A stretch of 64,000 bases of DNA from Berkelbacteria bacterium GW2011_GWE1_39_12 (GTDB lineage: Bacteria > Patescibacteriota > UBA1384 > UBA12157), in contig CP011213.1 of the NCBI GenBank assembly GCA_001029735.1, positions 268,087 to 332,086 on the forward strand, written 5' to 3'. Position numbers and translations under genes: made by a program. How positions within the stretch are numbered: position 1 is the first letter of the stretch; each line of letters starts with the position of its first letter. Of the stretch, positions 47,381-58,344 are shown piece by piece. The notes beneath the pieces are model-generated. The model saw only the letters and a list, made by a program, of their open reading frames with translations. It was not told where the DNA came from and did no database searches.

Positions 47381-49291
47381 TTATTCGCTCGGCGGCGTAT
47401 ATCCTTCGCCATACAAAAATGTATTTGGCACTGGGACATATTTACTAGTAAAAGTTTCGTTCTCTAAAACTTTGCCGTCAGCAGCGGTAACTTTATATGT
47501 GAAACTGGCGGTGCAACCGTTGATTGCTTTCTCAACTTGTCGAACCGCACCTGGTGCCATCGTTGCAGAAAAGCTATAAACGGCGCCGCCTGGCGTGGTG
47601 TAGTTTCCAACCCATGGAGTACTTATTTCTGCTGTTCGTCCGTCTTTTGTGCCGTAAATTTGAAATTCCAAAGTATTTTGACCGGCAATCGCCCAAATCA
47701 AAATCGGCGTACTCATATTATTTACAAATCTAAAGTCTGGGGCTGGGTCATAAATTGTCGCGTCCATTCCAACAGGCGGCTCATAATAACTTACACGAAA
47801 AGAATGATTTGTTCTTTGAGTGATTTTTAGACCTGAATTTAAGGCGGCCCGAAATAAAGTGGTGGAAACTTGACATAAGCCGCCGCCATATTCCGGCGCA
47901 ACCTGAGTGCTGTTTTTTATCACAAGCTCTGGTAAAAACCCGGTTGAACCGTCAATCACTCCTATAGTTTTAATCGTCGAAAATTCCTGACCAGGCTGGA
48001 TGATTGTTCCGGAAATTTTTTGCGAACCAAGCGTTAAGTTATGAATTCTATTTGATGGTGAACCCTTCCAAGAAGTTTTGCCTTCCCCTACTAATTCGCT
48101 TAATCCCATTTGCTCGGCTGAATCAGAGGTAACCTTGGGCTGAGTTGTTTTTACCGGTAAGCTAACTGTTTTGGCTTGTCCTAGGATCGCCTGAGTAATC
48201 ATCTGAAAAGACTTTGCTTTATCTAATTCATAACCTGTTTGAGAATTTTGGAATGCGGTTACCTTGCCATCTTGAACTTGGAATTTAGCATCTTTAGCTT
48301 CTTGATTTATGCCGCCAGCAATTGAATCAAGATATTGATTTATCTTACTTTGATCGGTAGTCATTACAAGTATCCAATTTTGATCGTTATTGCTACCTGT
48401 ACTTTTTAGATCGATTTTATCCGTTAAGACATTCCCTTGTTTCACTTGACCCGTAAATTTCAACCAACCAGCAAAGTTTTCAGGTTTCAACTCAAAATTT
48501 TGCTTTTCCGTTTTCAAAATAACAGATGTGACCAATGATTGGCGAACTTCGCCAATCAAAGCTTCGGCAGCGGCTTTTTTTACTTTAGGCTGAATGTCAA
48601 CAACAGAAATTTGAAAAGTTGATTTTTCTTTTAAGTAACCGAAAGAATTTAGAACGTCGTTAACTACTTTACCGAAGTCACTCTTCTTGCCGGATTTCTC
48701 TTCGACTACTATTGGATTTAGATCTTTTATCTCAATAGTGGCATCTCTTTCTGGCACATCAATTTTATTAGTAATTTCCAAAATTTGTGAATTCAGCTTT
48801 GTTCGATCGTAATTAAAAACAATACTCTCCCGATTACCTAAAAACAAAGCTCTGAGTTGTTCCTTAATAATCTGATTGAAACTGCCTTCTCGACCGATCC
48901 GCCAAGCTTCATCAACTGAAGAGTTAACATTATAGTTAACATTAAAATCATTGGAATTGATTTTCCAATTTTGGTCTAAGTAGTTTAATTGAACTTCTGA
49001 GTGGCCAACATTGGCAATTTTGCTTTGCAAAATGACAGATGCCTCAGCCTTAGTCTTGCCGCCCAAATTCACATCGCCAAAATATGTTTTTGGCATAATC
49101 CTATTCTGGTATGTCAAATTAAATATAAAAATAAAAAGACCAACAAAAATTAGAGCTAAGCCAATTGCCAAACCTAATTTCATTAGGTTCTTGTTTTGAC
49201 TTAATTTAACAAAGCCTGCCCGCAACGTTTTCGGCGTTGCTAATGCCGGCGAGTCGATCTCTTTCCCTAATTGGCCTTTTTTTTGAGCCAC
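47381..49291 (-). CDS. VanW-domain protein (N-terminal TM + repeated beta-rich domains + C-terminal VanW)
   Basis: C-terminal region GGGLCQVSTTLFRAALNSGLKITQRTNHSFRVSYYEPPVGMDATIY is the VanW signature. Confidence 0.75.
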   Translation of the reverse strand: MAQKKGQLGKEIDSPALATPKTLRAGFVKLSQNKNLMKLGLAIGLALIFVGLFIFIFNLTYQNRIMPKTYFGDVNLGGKTKAEASVILQSKIANVGHSEVQLNYLDQNWKINSNDFNVNYNVNSSVDEAWRIGREGSFNQIIKEQLRALFLGNRESIVFNYDRTKLNSQILEITNKIDVPERDATIEIKDLNPIVVEEKSGKKSDFGKVVNDVLNSFGYLKEKSTFQISVVDIQPKVKKAAAEALIGEVRQSLVTSVILKTEKQNFELKPENFAGWLKFTGQVKQGNVLTDKIDLKSTGSNNDQNWILVMTTDQSKINQYLDSIAGGINQEAKDAKFQVQDGKVTAFQNSQTGYELDKAKSFQMITQAILGQAKTVSLPVKTTQPKVTSDSAEQMGLSELVGEGKTSWKGSPSNRIHNLTLGSQKISGTIIQPGQEFSTIKTIGVIDGSTGFLPELVIKNSTQVAPEYGGGLCQVSTTLFRAALNSGLKITQRTNHSFRVSYYEPPVGMDATIYDPAPDFRFVNNMSTPILIWAIAGQNTLEFQIYGTKDGRTAEISTPWVGNYTTPGGAVYSFSATMAPGAVRQVEKAINGCTASFTYKVTAADGKVLENETFTSKYVPVPNTFLYGEGYTPPSE

Positions 49292-49304
49292 CTTGATGTC
49301 CCCT

Positions 49305-49520
49305 CTACTTACCGTTCAATATTTCTTCTAATAAAGATTTAGCTAAATTCCTATCATCCACCCCTGGACTTCTGCTTGAATACAAATATAGGTGGCATTG
49401 ATCCTTTTCTTTCAAGCACGAAGGAAAAGAACTGGCAGGTAGACTAACTTTTCTGCCTTCAATTTCCACCTCAATCTCGTCCCCGGTTTTCACACCAATT
49501 TTGCAAGTTAGTTTAGACAT
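49305..49520 (-). CDS. hypothetical small protein (71 aa)
   Basis: ORF on the same strand between the hppA and VanW genes. Confidence 0.4.
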   Translation of the reverse strand: MSKLTCKIGVKTGDEIEVEIEGRKVSLPASSFPSCLKEKDQCHLYLYSSRSPGVDDRNLAKSLLEEILNGK

Positions 49521-49603
49521 ATGTAGCTATACTAATGTCGTAGGGATATTTGAGTGAAACCCGGTTGAAAACGAAGGACCATCCCCGAGACATTTATCAA
49601 TTA

Positions 49604-51604
49604 TTATTTCAGGAACTTTACAATCAACAAGGCTACGATGTTTAGAATCTTAATCATCGGATTAATGGCCGGGCCGGCAGTATCTTTGTATGGATCGCCA
49701 ACAGTGTCACCGGTAACCGCTGCCTGATGAGCACGCGAGCCTTTGCCGCCCAGATTACCTTCTTCAATATATTTTTTAGCATTATCCCAAGCTCCACCTC
49801 CGGAAGTCATTGAAATAGCAACAAACAAACCAGTGATAATCGAGCCAACCAATAATCCGCCCAAGGCGACTGGGCCCAAAATGAAACCAACTAAGATCGG
49901 AGTAACAACCGGGATCAAGGCTGGAACAATCATCTGCTTAATAGCGGCGGAAGTGACAATATCAACTGTCTTGGAATAATCTGGCTTGGCTGTGCCTTCC
50001 ATAATGCCTTTGATTTCTTTAAACTGTCGGCGTACTTCTTTAACAACTGCACCGGCGGTTTTACCAACAGCTTCCATTGAAAGTGAAGCGAAAATATAAG
50101 GTAACAATCCACCAAGGAATAAACCAACTAAAACTTTTGGATCAGTCAATTCAAACACAAGGTTACTACCAACGTGGGTATTTTTATAATCCTGAACGTA
50201 AGAAGCAAACAAAACTAAGGCAGCTAATCCAGCCGAGGCAATAGCATAGCCTTTAGTAACAGCTTTAGTTGTATTACCAACAGCATCCAATGGATCAGTC
50301 ACATTGCGAACGGACTCTGGCAAGTCGGCCATCTCGGCAATACCACCAGCATTATCAGTAATTGGACCGTATGCATCAATTGCTACCACGATGCCAGTCA
50401 TTGAAAGCATTGAAAAAGCGGCAATGGCAATGCCGAACAAACCGGCTAATTCGAAAGCACCCAAAATAGCAACGGAAATAAAGATAATTGGCCAAGCAGT
50501 TGCTTTCATTGAAACGGCCAAACCTTGAATGACATTTGTGCCATGACCAGTTTCGGAAGCGTTGGCAATACTTTTAACAGGTGAATATTTGGTTGAAGTG
50601 TAGTATTCAGTCACAATTACCATCGCAACCGTCAAACCAACACCGATCAAGGAACAGTAGAATAAAGATAACGGATTCTCAACTAAACCACCCATAATCT
50701 GTTTGGTGGCAAAGTAGAAACCAATTGAAGAAAAAATCGCAGCCGCGGCTAAACCTTTATACATGGCGTTCATGATTTTTTCACCTGAGAGTCTCACAAA
50801 GAACGTTCCCAAAACAGAAGCGATAATCGAAATGCCACCTAAAACTAATGGGTAAACAATCGCATCTGGCGAGGTAAAGAGTAATGAGGCAAGCAACATG
50901 GCTGCAACAGCAGTGATGGCATAGGTTTCAAAAAGATCAGCGGCCATACCGGCACAGTCACCAACGTTATCACCAACATTATCAGCAATAACAGCTGGGT
51001 TTCTCGGGTCATCTTCTGGAATTCCAGCTTCAACTTTTCCAACTAAATCAGCACCAACATCGGCTGCTTTAGTATAAATACCACCACCCAAACGAGCAAA
51101 GATTGAAATTAACGAGCCGCCAAAACCTAAACCGATTAAAGCGCCAACATCATGAGTAAAATAATAAAGTCCGGCTACGCCGAGCAAGCCCAAGCCAACA
51201 ACGAGTAGTCCTGTAACAGCGCCACCACGGAAAGCCAGTGACAAAGCTGGGGCCAAGCCATGGCGGGCTTCTTCAGCTGTGCGAACATTGGCGCGGACAG
51301 CAACATTCATACCAATATAGCCAGCGGCCGAAGAAAATATTGCGCCGACCAAGAAACCGATAGCGGTGTTTAGACCAAGAAGAAAATAAAGAATAACAAC
51401 TAATACGACAGCAATGATGCCGACCGTCTTATACTGACGGTTTAAATAAGCTTTCGCGCCTTCTTGAATTGCTGCTGCAATTTCCTGCATTTTTTTGTTG
51501 CCCGGCGATTTCTTCAAAACTTGCCAGACTAAGAATAAACCATACAAGATACCGACGGCGGCAGAGGCAAACGCAATAAGGTACGAATAATTCGTGATAG
51601 ACAT
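49604..51604 (-). CDS. hppA: membrane-bound proton/sodium-translocating pyrophosphatase
   Basis: [40 protein letters not shown] and [14 protein letters not shown] signature motifs. 666 aa, ~16 TM. Confidence 0.93.
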   Translation of the reverse strand: MSITNYSYLIAFASAAVGILYGLFLVWQVLKKSPGNKKMQEIAAAIQEGAKAYLNRQYKTVGIIAVVLVVILYFLLGLNTAIGFLVGAIFSSAAGYIGMNVAVRANVRTAEEARHGLAPALSLAFRGGAVTGLLVVGLGLLGVAGLYYFTHDVGALIGLGFGGSLISIFARLGGGIYTKAADVGADLVGKVEAGIPEDDPRNPAVIADNVGDNVGDCAGMAADLFETYAITAVAAMLLASLLFTSPDAIVYPLVLGGISIIASVLGTFFVRLSGEKIMNAMYKGLAAAAIFSSIGFYFATKQIMGGLVENPLSLFYCSLIGVGLTVAMVIVTEYYTSTKYSPVKSIANASETGHGTNVIQGLAVSMKATAWPIIFISVAILGAFELAGLFGIAIAAFSMLSMTGIVVAIDAYGPITDNAGGIAEMADLPESVRNVTDPLDAVGNTTKAVTKGYAIASAGLAALVLFASYVQDYKNTHVGSNLVFELTDPKVLVGLFLGGLLPYIFASLSMEAVGKTAGAVVKEVRRQFKEIKGIMEGTAKPDYSKTVDIVTSAAIKQMIVPALIPVVTPILVGFILGPVALGGLLVGSIITGLFVAISMTSGGGAWDNAKKYIEEGNLGGKGSRAHQAAVTGDTVGDPYKDTAGPAINPMIKILNIVALLIVKFLK

Positions 51605-51697
51605 GGGGACCTCCGGGTAGGTTAATAGGTTTACAGAAGCGTTAGAAGCTATAGAAACATCAGTATTACTGTTGCCCCTATCGCACCTGTCGCCTCT

Positions 51698-52819
51698 TTA
51701 AACCTGTTTAATTATTTTTAATGTTTTTTCTGCGGTTTTTTGCCAAGTAAAACCTTGAGCGACGACTTTTCCTTTTCGAATCAAGTCAGCCCTTAAGGTT
51801 TCATCTTCTAAAACCTTTTTTATTTTATCACTTATCTCTTCTGTTTTAAAGGGGTCAAAATATAAAGCTGCGTCTTTGTAGATTTCCGGCAAAACCGAGT
51901 TGTTTGCCGCTACCACCGGTGTCCCTGCTTGCATTGCTTCAAGTCCTGGCAAACCAAACCCTTCGTAAAGAGACGGAAAGACAAAAACAGTCGCCAACTT
52001 ATACCAACATGACAGGTCTTCGTCTGTGACGAATCCCGTCAAAAGAATATCATTTTTGACTCCACTCTTGTCAATACTTTCAAAAAGTCGATGGTGCTCC
52101 GGGTCTACTTTGCCAACCAAAACAAGCTTCGACGGAATTTGCGACTTCACTTTGGCAAACGCATCCACCAAAGTGGGCAAGTTTTTATGCGGCCTGTACT
52201 GTCCTACATACAAAACGACCTGCTCGTTGATTTTATACTTTTTCTTTAGTTCCTCGACATTTTCTTGCCTACATTCCAAGACAGATTTATCGTCCGCAGC
52301 TTCATAAATGACCTCTACATTAGCCGGATCGATATGAAAAATATCCACAATATCTCGTTTTGTGTTTTCAGATATAGCGATAATCTTAGCCGCATTCTGA
52401 CAAGCACTTTTAATTACATAATTAAATGCCATTTTTTTAATCGCATTTGTGCGCTTAGCGGTATCGGGAAACTTAATTAGCGTCAGGTCATGGATTACAG
52501 TGATAAATTTCTTTTTGTAATTGACTGGATGGTTGAAATTTAAAAAAAGCATTAGATCCGGTTTTTCTGCCTCGAAAATTTTTGGCAGTTTAAGCTGCTC
52601 AGCTAAAGAATAATGTTCAATCTCTGTAATTACTACTTCAACATTGGAATTTTTACTTTCGTTGGTCAGTAAAAATTCATCAGCATCTTTTTGCGTCATA
52701 AAAAAAATATACTCGTTTTTTGAATCGAGCTGTAACAGATTCTTGATTAAGTTTTGGCTGTATCGCCCAATCCCCGCTACCTCCGAACGATACATTCTGG
52801 CATCAATCCCAATTTTCAT
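51698..52819 (-). CDS. glycosyltransferase family 4
   Basis: C-terminal PSLYEGFGLPGLEAMQAGTPVVAANNSVLPEI (E-x7-E GT4 motif). Confidence 0.85.
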   Translation of the reverse strand: MKIGIDARMYRSEVAGIGRYSQNLIKNLLQLDSKNEYIFFMTQKDADEFLLTNESKNSNVEVVITEIEHYSLAEQLKLPKIFEAEKPDLMLFLNFNHPVNYKKKFITVIHDLTLIKFPDTAKRTNAIKKMAFNYVIKSACQNAAKIIAISENTKRDIVDIFHIDPANVEVIYEAADDKSVLECRQENVEELKKKYKINEQVVLYVGQYRPHKNLPTLVDAFAKVKSQIPSKLVLVGKVDPEHHRLFESIDKSGVKNDILLTGFVTDEDLSCWYKLATVFVFPSLYEGFGLPGLEAMQAGTPVVAANNSVLPEIYKDAALYFDPFKTEEISDKIKKVLEDETLRADLIRKGKVVAQGFTWQKTAEKTLKIIKQV

Positions 52820-53229
52820 GTTGTTACCACTGTTTCCTTAAAAACCCAGAATTTATTGGCAGAAAAGTTCCAAACCATCACGACTGCAGTTGCAATTAAT
52901 AACCCGTAAAAATCAAAGATCCGTAAAACTGAAACGGTCAAATACATAATTGAAAGATTTAAGCCGAAACCGACCGTGGAAACAATTAAAAACTTTCCGA
53001 ACTCTTGAGTCTTTTGCTCATTGGCCGATTTAAATGTCCATCTACGGTTCCAGGTGTAGGAGTTAATAACTGAAACCAGGAATGATACGCCTTTGGCCAC
53101 TATATAATAAATACCCAAATACCGGGTTTCAACAAAATAGATCCCGGCATCAACAATAAATGAAGAGAAGCCGACAACGCCAAATTTCACAAACTGACGA
53201 ACCATTTTGCTTTGCAAAAAATCTTTCAT
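52816..53229 (-). CDS. GtrA-family membrane protein (glycan flippase accessory)
   Basis: 4 TM, FVKFGVVGFSSFIVDAGIY N-terminus typical of GtrA. Confidence 0.75.
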   Translation of the reverse strand: MKDFLQSKMVRQFVKFGVVGFSSFIVDAGIYFVETRYLGIYYIVAKGVSFLVSVINSYTWNRRWTFKSANEQKTQEFGKFLIVSTVGFGLNLSIMYLTVSVLRIFDFYGLLIATAVVMVWNFSANKFWVFKETVVTT

Positions 53230-53309
53230 AATTTCCTCAGGAATTTACGCGCAAAACTTTAGTTTTACTATAGTCATAATATATCTTATTTACTAATCTT
53301 TCTCAAATT

Positions 53310-53340
53310 AAAAATCCCCCTGCAATAATGTACAGGGGGA
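53310..53340 (-). terminator. ccccctg-caataatgta-caggggg preceded by A5
   Basis: Read directly. 3' of the 53354 gene. Confidence 0.55.
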
Positions 53341-53353
53341 TAAATAGCTCCGA

Positions 53354-53992
53354 TCAGACCCATCCGTGAATCAGATGGTGAACTCGAACCAACTGTTCAC
53401 GCTTGAGCCAAGCGGCTCGGTTACGAGTGTGCGGTTGGATAGACTCGTTGTCATAGACTTCAGAGTCCCAGACCGCCGCTGTCTCAATGCCTTCTACCGC
53501 CAGCATCCGGACAATCCGGTTGGTCATTCCCGCGTGATCCACCAGGTAAACGGATTCATCGGATTTGATGAACTGCTTGCCTAACTGAATCACGTTTTTA
53601 GACGTGAAGTACTTCTCGGGATCCTTGGCCGGTGGCCAAATGCCATTTATTCGGTGGCGATTGGCATAAAACCAATACCGATCGAGGCCAAAGAGAATTT
53701 CCCACTGGCAAACGATCGGCAGGATGAGCTGCGCGGCAATCTTCTGAGCTTTTTGACCAAAAAGCCGATTAGGCTCTCCGGGATCGAAACTCAATCTCAT
53801 TGCCTCGACTGTCCGATAGTCGTCGCAACCATTGGCCTCGTAGATTGCTCTGACTTTCCCTAAATCGGCGTCTGTGTAAGTGTTCCGGCCAAAAGCTTGG
53901 CCAAAAACTACTTTGGCGTCACGAGCACACTGTCTAGTCGATGGTCTCATATCTAAGACGTTCAAATATGCGACTAGCCCAACTGTTTTCAT
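53354..53992 (-). CDS. hypothetical protein (212 aa; GC-rich island within glycan cluster)
   Basis: AAGGAGG RBS 8 nt before ATG. No family recognised. Confidence 0.5.
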   Translation of the reverse strand: MKTVGLVAYLNVLDMRPSTRQCARDAKVVFGQAFGRNTYTDADLGKVRAIYEANGCDDYRTVEAMRLSFDPGEPNRLFGQKAQKIAAQLILPIVCQWEILFGLDRYWFYANRHRINGIWPPAKDPEKYFTSKNVIQLGKQFIKSDESVYLVDHAGMTNRIVRMLAVEGIETAAVWDSEVYDNESIQPHTRNRAAWLKREQLVRVHHLIHGWV

Positions 53993-54087
53993 CGTCGCTG
54001 CCTCCTTTCAACCATTGTCTGCGCTTTAATTAGCGACATAAAACTATAGCATCTAACCTGAGGAATGTCAATATGCTAATCGTTATT

Positions 54088-54807
54088 TTAGTACTTTTTT
54101 GCCCAAGTGTTTTTTTTAATTATCCAGAGGTCGTTCAAAGTGGCAAAAGTCATAAAATTTGTCACTCGAGAGTTTTCAACATTATACCAGTCAACCGCCA
54201 CTTCTTTAACCTTGTAGCCATTTTTGCGGGCGATCACTAGTAATTCCATGTCAAAACCCCAGCGATCGATGGTTTGTTTTGGAAAGATATCGAGAACTGC
54301 TTTTTCAGAGAAAAGCTTGAAACCACATTGAGTATCTTTTGATTTTATTCCTAAAAATAAGCGAATCAGTAAGTTTCCCCCTCGAGAAATAAAACGGCGA
54401 AATAGTGGCTGGGCCGTCTTAATTGAATCTTTTCTAAGGTATCTCGAGCCAACAATTATTTCACTTTGTTTTATATATTTCTGTAATTTTTTAATTTCTG
54501 ATATATCAGTCGAATTGTCAGAGTCCATCATTAAGCGCCACTGTCCTTTGGCTGCCAACATGCCGGTTTTTACCGCATACCCCTTGCCGCGGTTATTTTT
54601 ATAAGAAACAATTTTAAAATTTGGCCAGGTCTTGATCAATTCGTTAACTTTTTTACGAGTATTATCTGTTGAGCCATCGTTAACGATAATTACTTCACCA
54701 TCGTATTTTTGCTTCTCCAAAAACGCCTTAAGGATAATTAAGGTGTCAAGCAGCCTTTTTTCTTCATTGAAGGCCGGCAAAATAATTGATAAATAAGGTT
54801 TATCCAT
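54088..54807 (-). CDS. glycosyltransferase family 2 (polyprenyl-phosphate sugar synthase-like)
   Basis: LSIILPAFNEE.R.......IVNDGSTDNT...DSDNS...E (DXD) pattern. Confidence 0.85.
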   Translation of the reverse strand: MDKPYLSIILPAFNEEKRLLDTLIILKAFLEKQKYDGEVIIVNDGSTDNTRKKVNELIKTWPNFKIVSYKNNRGKGYAVKTGMLAAKGQWRLMMDSDNSTDISEIKKLQKYIKQSEIIVGSRYLRKDSIKTAQPLFRRFISRGGNLLIRLFLGIKSKDTQCGFKLFSEKAVLDIFPKQTIDRWGFDMELLVIARKNGYKVKEVAVDWYNVENSRVTNFMTFATLNDLWIIKKNTWAKKY

Positions 54808-54915
54808 AATTTCTTTCTAAGAAATTTCCGCGACAAGCTTTAGCTTGGCTATAATTTCCAAAAAAATTTCCGCGACGATCAAGCTTGTCTTAACTCAAAA
54901 CTCTATCATATTTTT

Positions 54916-56532
54916 TTAATTTTGTCCAGTAGTTAAATAGTCCCAATAATAAATTGTTTCAAATTGGCCAGTTGGCGTTTCTTTTAAAAACCATTTAAAC
55001 GGAATACCTTCTTCATTATGGAGCTTTAAGAAGTACTGTTGCGCACACATGGCAATCAAGCCGTTAACAGGTTTATCCGGTAAAGATTTTACTTTGATAT
55101 CCTGAATTGAGAGCGGCCAGGACGAGTAACAGTCAAAATAAACTTCGTTAATATTTTTTTCGCTTAAAACCTCTGAAAAACGATTTAAATTTTGCCCCCA
55201 GTCGTAATTAGAATCTGATATCTGGAGAGTCCCGTCTTTAATGCCAGATTTGTTCATAAAGGAAAGATAGTCTGGAAAGGTTAGAAGATTGGTTAAAATA
55301 GCTGCAATCGTTAAAATTAATATCACAGCCTTAAGCGATTTATTTCTGGTCAAAATCAAACCGCCGGCAAGAATATAAAGGAATGGATAGATAACCAAGA
55401 TATGTCTAACCCCAATATCGATATGCCCCGTCATGCTAAAAAGAAAATAGAATAACGGCGCTAAGATTAAAAGTAAAACCGCATGCTTTTTGTGATTTAT
55501 TTTTCTTAGATTTTTAATTACTGATAAAGCTAAAATTACAACAATAGCCAAGGGCGTTTTGTACCAAAAAGCATAAGGAAAATAGTCCCAAAAACCCATT
55601 TGGCTAAATTTGCCATTTAGGTAGGCCAAATGACCGTATTTATTGTGATCGGTCACCATGCCAAAGCCGTCCCAAAATTTCATTAGAGGTAGAATAAACC
55701 ATTTGGCCAGGTTTTTGAACCAACTGAGCCCGAAGAAGTTGTGCAGATTATATTGGTAGAAGGACCAGCGCCAATCAAACCACATGGAAACAATATAGAT
55801 CAACCAAACCATAAAAAAGGCAATCGCCATACTTACTAGAAGCTTTGATATTTTATCCCAATCCAGTTTTTGTTTTTTTAAAAAGATAAATAAGAAATAA
55901 AGCAAGGCAGCGAACAGTAAAACAGTGAGCCCTGAAAATTTGCTTAACAACAGTAAACCCGTCGCCAGTCCAAAATAAATGGCGTTTTTCCAAGAAGATT
56001 CTTCAATAAAGTTACAAAGAAGATACAAATTTAACAAAGCACTGAAAGTGATGATTACATCCGTTGTGGCCAAATGCCCGTTCGCCAATAAGTTGGGGCA
56101 AATTGCCGCCAAAAAGGTTGAAAACAAAGCTCCGTTGGCCCCCCAAAGTTTCTTTGACCAGAGGAAAACCATCGCCATCGTTGCCAAAAACAACAAAATC
56201 ACTGGAAAACGACCCCAGAAAATTATCCTTTCGGCACTATTTCCCATTTGGTAGATAAATTTATAACCGTAATCATACTGATCGAGAGCGCCTGGCGGCT
56301 CTTCCGGAAGCTTAGGATTTACAAAAACTTTAATAAATATTCCCGAAAAGTCGTTCATTAAAGGCGGATGCTCGGTATTATATTTATAGCTACCTTTAAC
56401 TATATGCAAATAACCTGCAGACAGATGAACAGGTTCATCAGCGGTAATAGAGTCGGTTTTGGCCAAATAAATCATTAAGCCAAAAGAGGCTACAAATATT
56501 AGAGCCAGAGTAATCTTTTGCCATAACTTCAT
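54916..56532 (-). CDS. polytopic membrane glycosyltransferase, GT39/ArnT/PMT-like (lipid-carrier-dependent)
   Basis: ~13 TM. N-terminal loop ITADEPVHLSAGY with the DE-motif typical of GT-C enzymes. Partner of the neighbouring GT2 synthases. Confidence 0.55.
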   Translation of the reverse strand: MKLWQKITLALIFVASFGLMIYLAKTDSITADEPVHLSAGYLHIVKGSYKYNTEHPPLMNDFSGIFIKVFVNPKLPEEPPGALDQYDYGYKFIYQMGNSAERIIFWGRFPVILLFLATMAMVFLWSKKLWGANGALFSTFLAAICPNLLANGHLATTDVIITFSALLNLYLLCNFIEESSWKNAIYFGLATGLLLLSKFSGLTVLLFAALLYFLFIFLKKQKLDWDKISKLLVSMAIAFFMVWLIYIVSMWFDWRWSFYQYNLHNFFGLSWFKNLAKWFILPLMKFWDGFGMVTDHNKYGHLAYLNGKFSQMGFWDYFPYAFWYKTPLAIVVILALSVIKNLRKINHKKHAVLLLILAPLFYFLFSMTGHIDIGVRHILVIYPFLYILAGGLILTRNKSLKAVILILTIAAILTNLLTFPDYLSFMNKSGIKDGTLQISDSNYDWGQNLNRFSEVLSEKNINEVYFDCYSSWPLSIQDIKVKSLPDKPVNGLIAMCAQQYFLKLHNEEGIPFKWFLKETPTGQFETIYYWDYLTTGQN

Positions 56533-56547
56533 GAGTCTAATCTATTA

Positions 56548-57636
56548 CTACTTTGAGTATTTAGCAATAATCGTTTGAAAAACGCTGTAGGCTTTTCTAT
56601 TAGCCACCATTTGACCAACGCCATTTGGACCATCATCAGCTTGGATCAGCCCATAGCGGTCAGTGTAGCCACCCTTAGCGTGATTAGGAAGATCAGTTAG
56701 CTCAAATGCGAAAAATCCTTTTATCGAGCCTGAATTATAAGCCCACTCTGCCATATCGCCGATAAACTGAGCTTGTTTATCCTCATTCATTTTAAATTCG
56801 GTACCGTCTTTATCCGGTCTTTGACCAACTTCAACCAGCATAACTGGTTTATTAAAAGAATTTAACCTATCCAAAATATTAGTTCCGTCGGCTAATTTAT
56901 TATCTTTCATTTGGCCCATGTCAGAAAACCAATCCCAGCCGATTATATCGTACATAACCTGTTTTTCAGCCATGATCTGCAAAAAGGCATATTGAGTCCA
57001 TTGCCCCGAAATAACTGTTTTAGCTGCAGGATCACCTGCTTTTACGCCGGCGCTCGCCCCTTTTAACCATTGGCAGATCTTTTCGGCCTTAGCTAAATTA
57101 TAATGATCGATTTTATCTCCTGAAAATTCCGCGCCTTTAAGTGACCAACTTGTGATCTCGTTCTCTAATTGATAATAATCGACTCTACCAACTTCTTCCT
57201 TGGCGATACTATAAGCTAAATTATAACCATCGGTATACGGATCAGCCGAACGAGTCATATCGCCTTTTTGGTTAATCATTATATATGGACGCATGTCTGT
57301 ATCTAAAATCTCGTTAATAATGGCATTATTGACGGCTAGTGGATCTTCTTTGCCATTAAGTACACCACCCGGCTCCCATGTCACCCGAACATAATCGAGA
57401 TTTAATTTTTTGGCTTTATAAATTTGCTCGGAAAAAACTTTTGGCTGAAAATTTGGTACCAAAGCAAAGGCACGAGTAGTTACACCCCAAACAAAAGGTT
57501 TATTTTTTCTAACAGTTTTAGCCACTTCCGTCGAGGTGGTCGATGTATTGTTATTGCCAGAAAAATACCGCCATAAAAACCAACCAGCGGCCCCAACTAT
57601 AACAATTAAAGATAAAACAATGAGTACTTTTTTCAT
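56548..57636 (-). CDS. membrane-anchored glycoside hydrolase, GH5-like (TIM barrel)
   Basis: N-terminal TM, then YQLENEITSW (acid/base NEP-type motif) and MLVEVG (nucleophile Glu). Confidence 0.5.
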   Translation of the reverse strand: MKKVLIVLSLIVIVGAAGWFLWRYFSGNNNTSTTSTEVAKTVRKNKPFVWGVTTRAFALVPNFQPKVFSEQIYKAKKLNLDYVRVTWEPGGVLNGKEDPLAVNNAIINEILDTDMRPYIMINQKGDMTRSADPYTDGYNLAYSIAKEEVGRVDYYQLENEITSWSLKGAEFSGDKIDHYNLAKAEKICQWLKGASAGVKAGDPAAKTVISGQWTQYAFLQIMAEKQVMYDIIGWDWFSDMGQMKDNKLADGTNILDRLNSFNKPVMLVEVGQRPDKDGTEFKMNEDKQAQFIGDMAEWAYNSGSIKGFFAFELTDLPNHAKGGYTDRYGLIQADDGPNGVGQMVANRKAYSVFQTIIAKYSK

Positions 57637-57657
57637 GCTCCTCCTTTTGAAAATTTA

Positions 57658-58344
57658 CTAATCAATAAACCTATATTTTATTAAAACCCAAATCGCTTGC
57701 ATACCGTCACGCCAGGTTATTTTTTTGCCATCTTTGATCGATCGGCCATGATATCTAATTGGCACATCAACGATTTCATAGCCACGTTTAGCAACTTTTG
57801 CCGTCACTTCCGGACAAAATTCGAAACGCTGGCATTTTAAAGGTATTTTTTTAATCACTTCAGACCTAAAAGCTTTGTACGCTGTCGCCTCGTCACTAAT
57901 ATGAGTTCCATAAAGCAGATTAGCAGTGAAGGTCAAAATCTTATTAGCGACAAAATTTGGCCATCTCATACCAGTAATTTCACCTTTAAATCTTGAACCA
58001 AAAACCACTTTGGCGTTTTCTTTGATAAACGGCTCCAAAATCGTCGGATAGTCATCTACAGTATACTCCATATCAGCGTCTTGAATCAAAATTATGTCGC
58101 CGGTAGAGATTTTTAGGCCTTTTCTGATCGCCGCACCTTTTCCCTGATTTTTCGCTTGAAAACAAATTTTAATTTCTGAATCAAGCGAATACCTATTAAT
58201 TAATTGTTTCGTCTGATCGACCGAGCCATCATCAACAATAATAATTTCTTTGTCCATGGTAATTGGCGCTTGTCTCACCGCCTTGATAACCTTCTCGATA
58301 TTTTTCTCTTCATTATAGACAGGAATGATAATCGATAATTTCAT
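57658..58344 (-). CDS. glycosyltransferase family 2 (dolichyl/polyprenyl-phosphate mannose/glucose synthase-like)
   Basis: LSIIIPVYNEEKNI.....IIVDDGSVDQT...QDADMEY. Confidence 0.85.
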   Translation of the reverse strand: MKLSIIIPVYNEEKNIEKVIKAVRQAPITMDKEIIIVDDGSVDQTKQLINRYSLDSEIKICFQAKNQGKGAAIRKGLKISTGDIILIQDADMEYTVDDYPTILEPFIKENAKVVFGSRFKGEITGMRWPNFVANKILTFTANLLYGTHISDEATAYKAFRSEVIKKIPLKCQRFEFCPEVTAKVAKRGYEIVDVPIRYHGRSIKDGKKITWRDGMQAIWVLIKYRFID

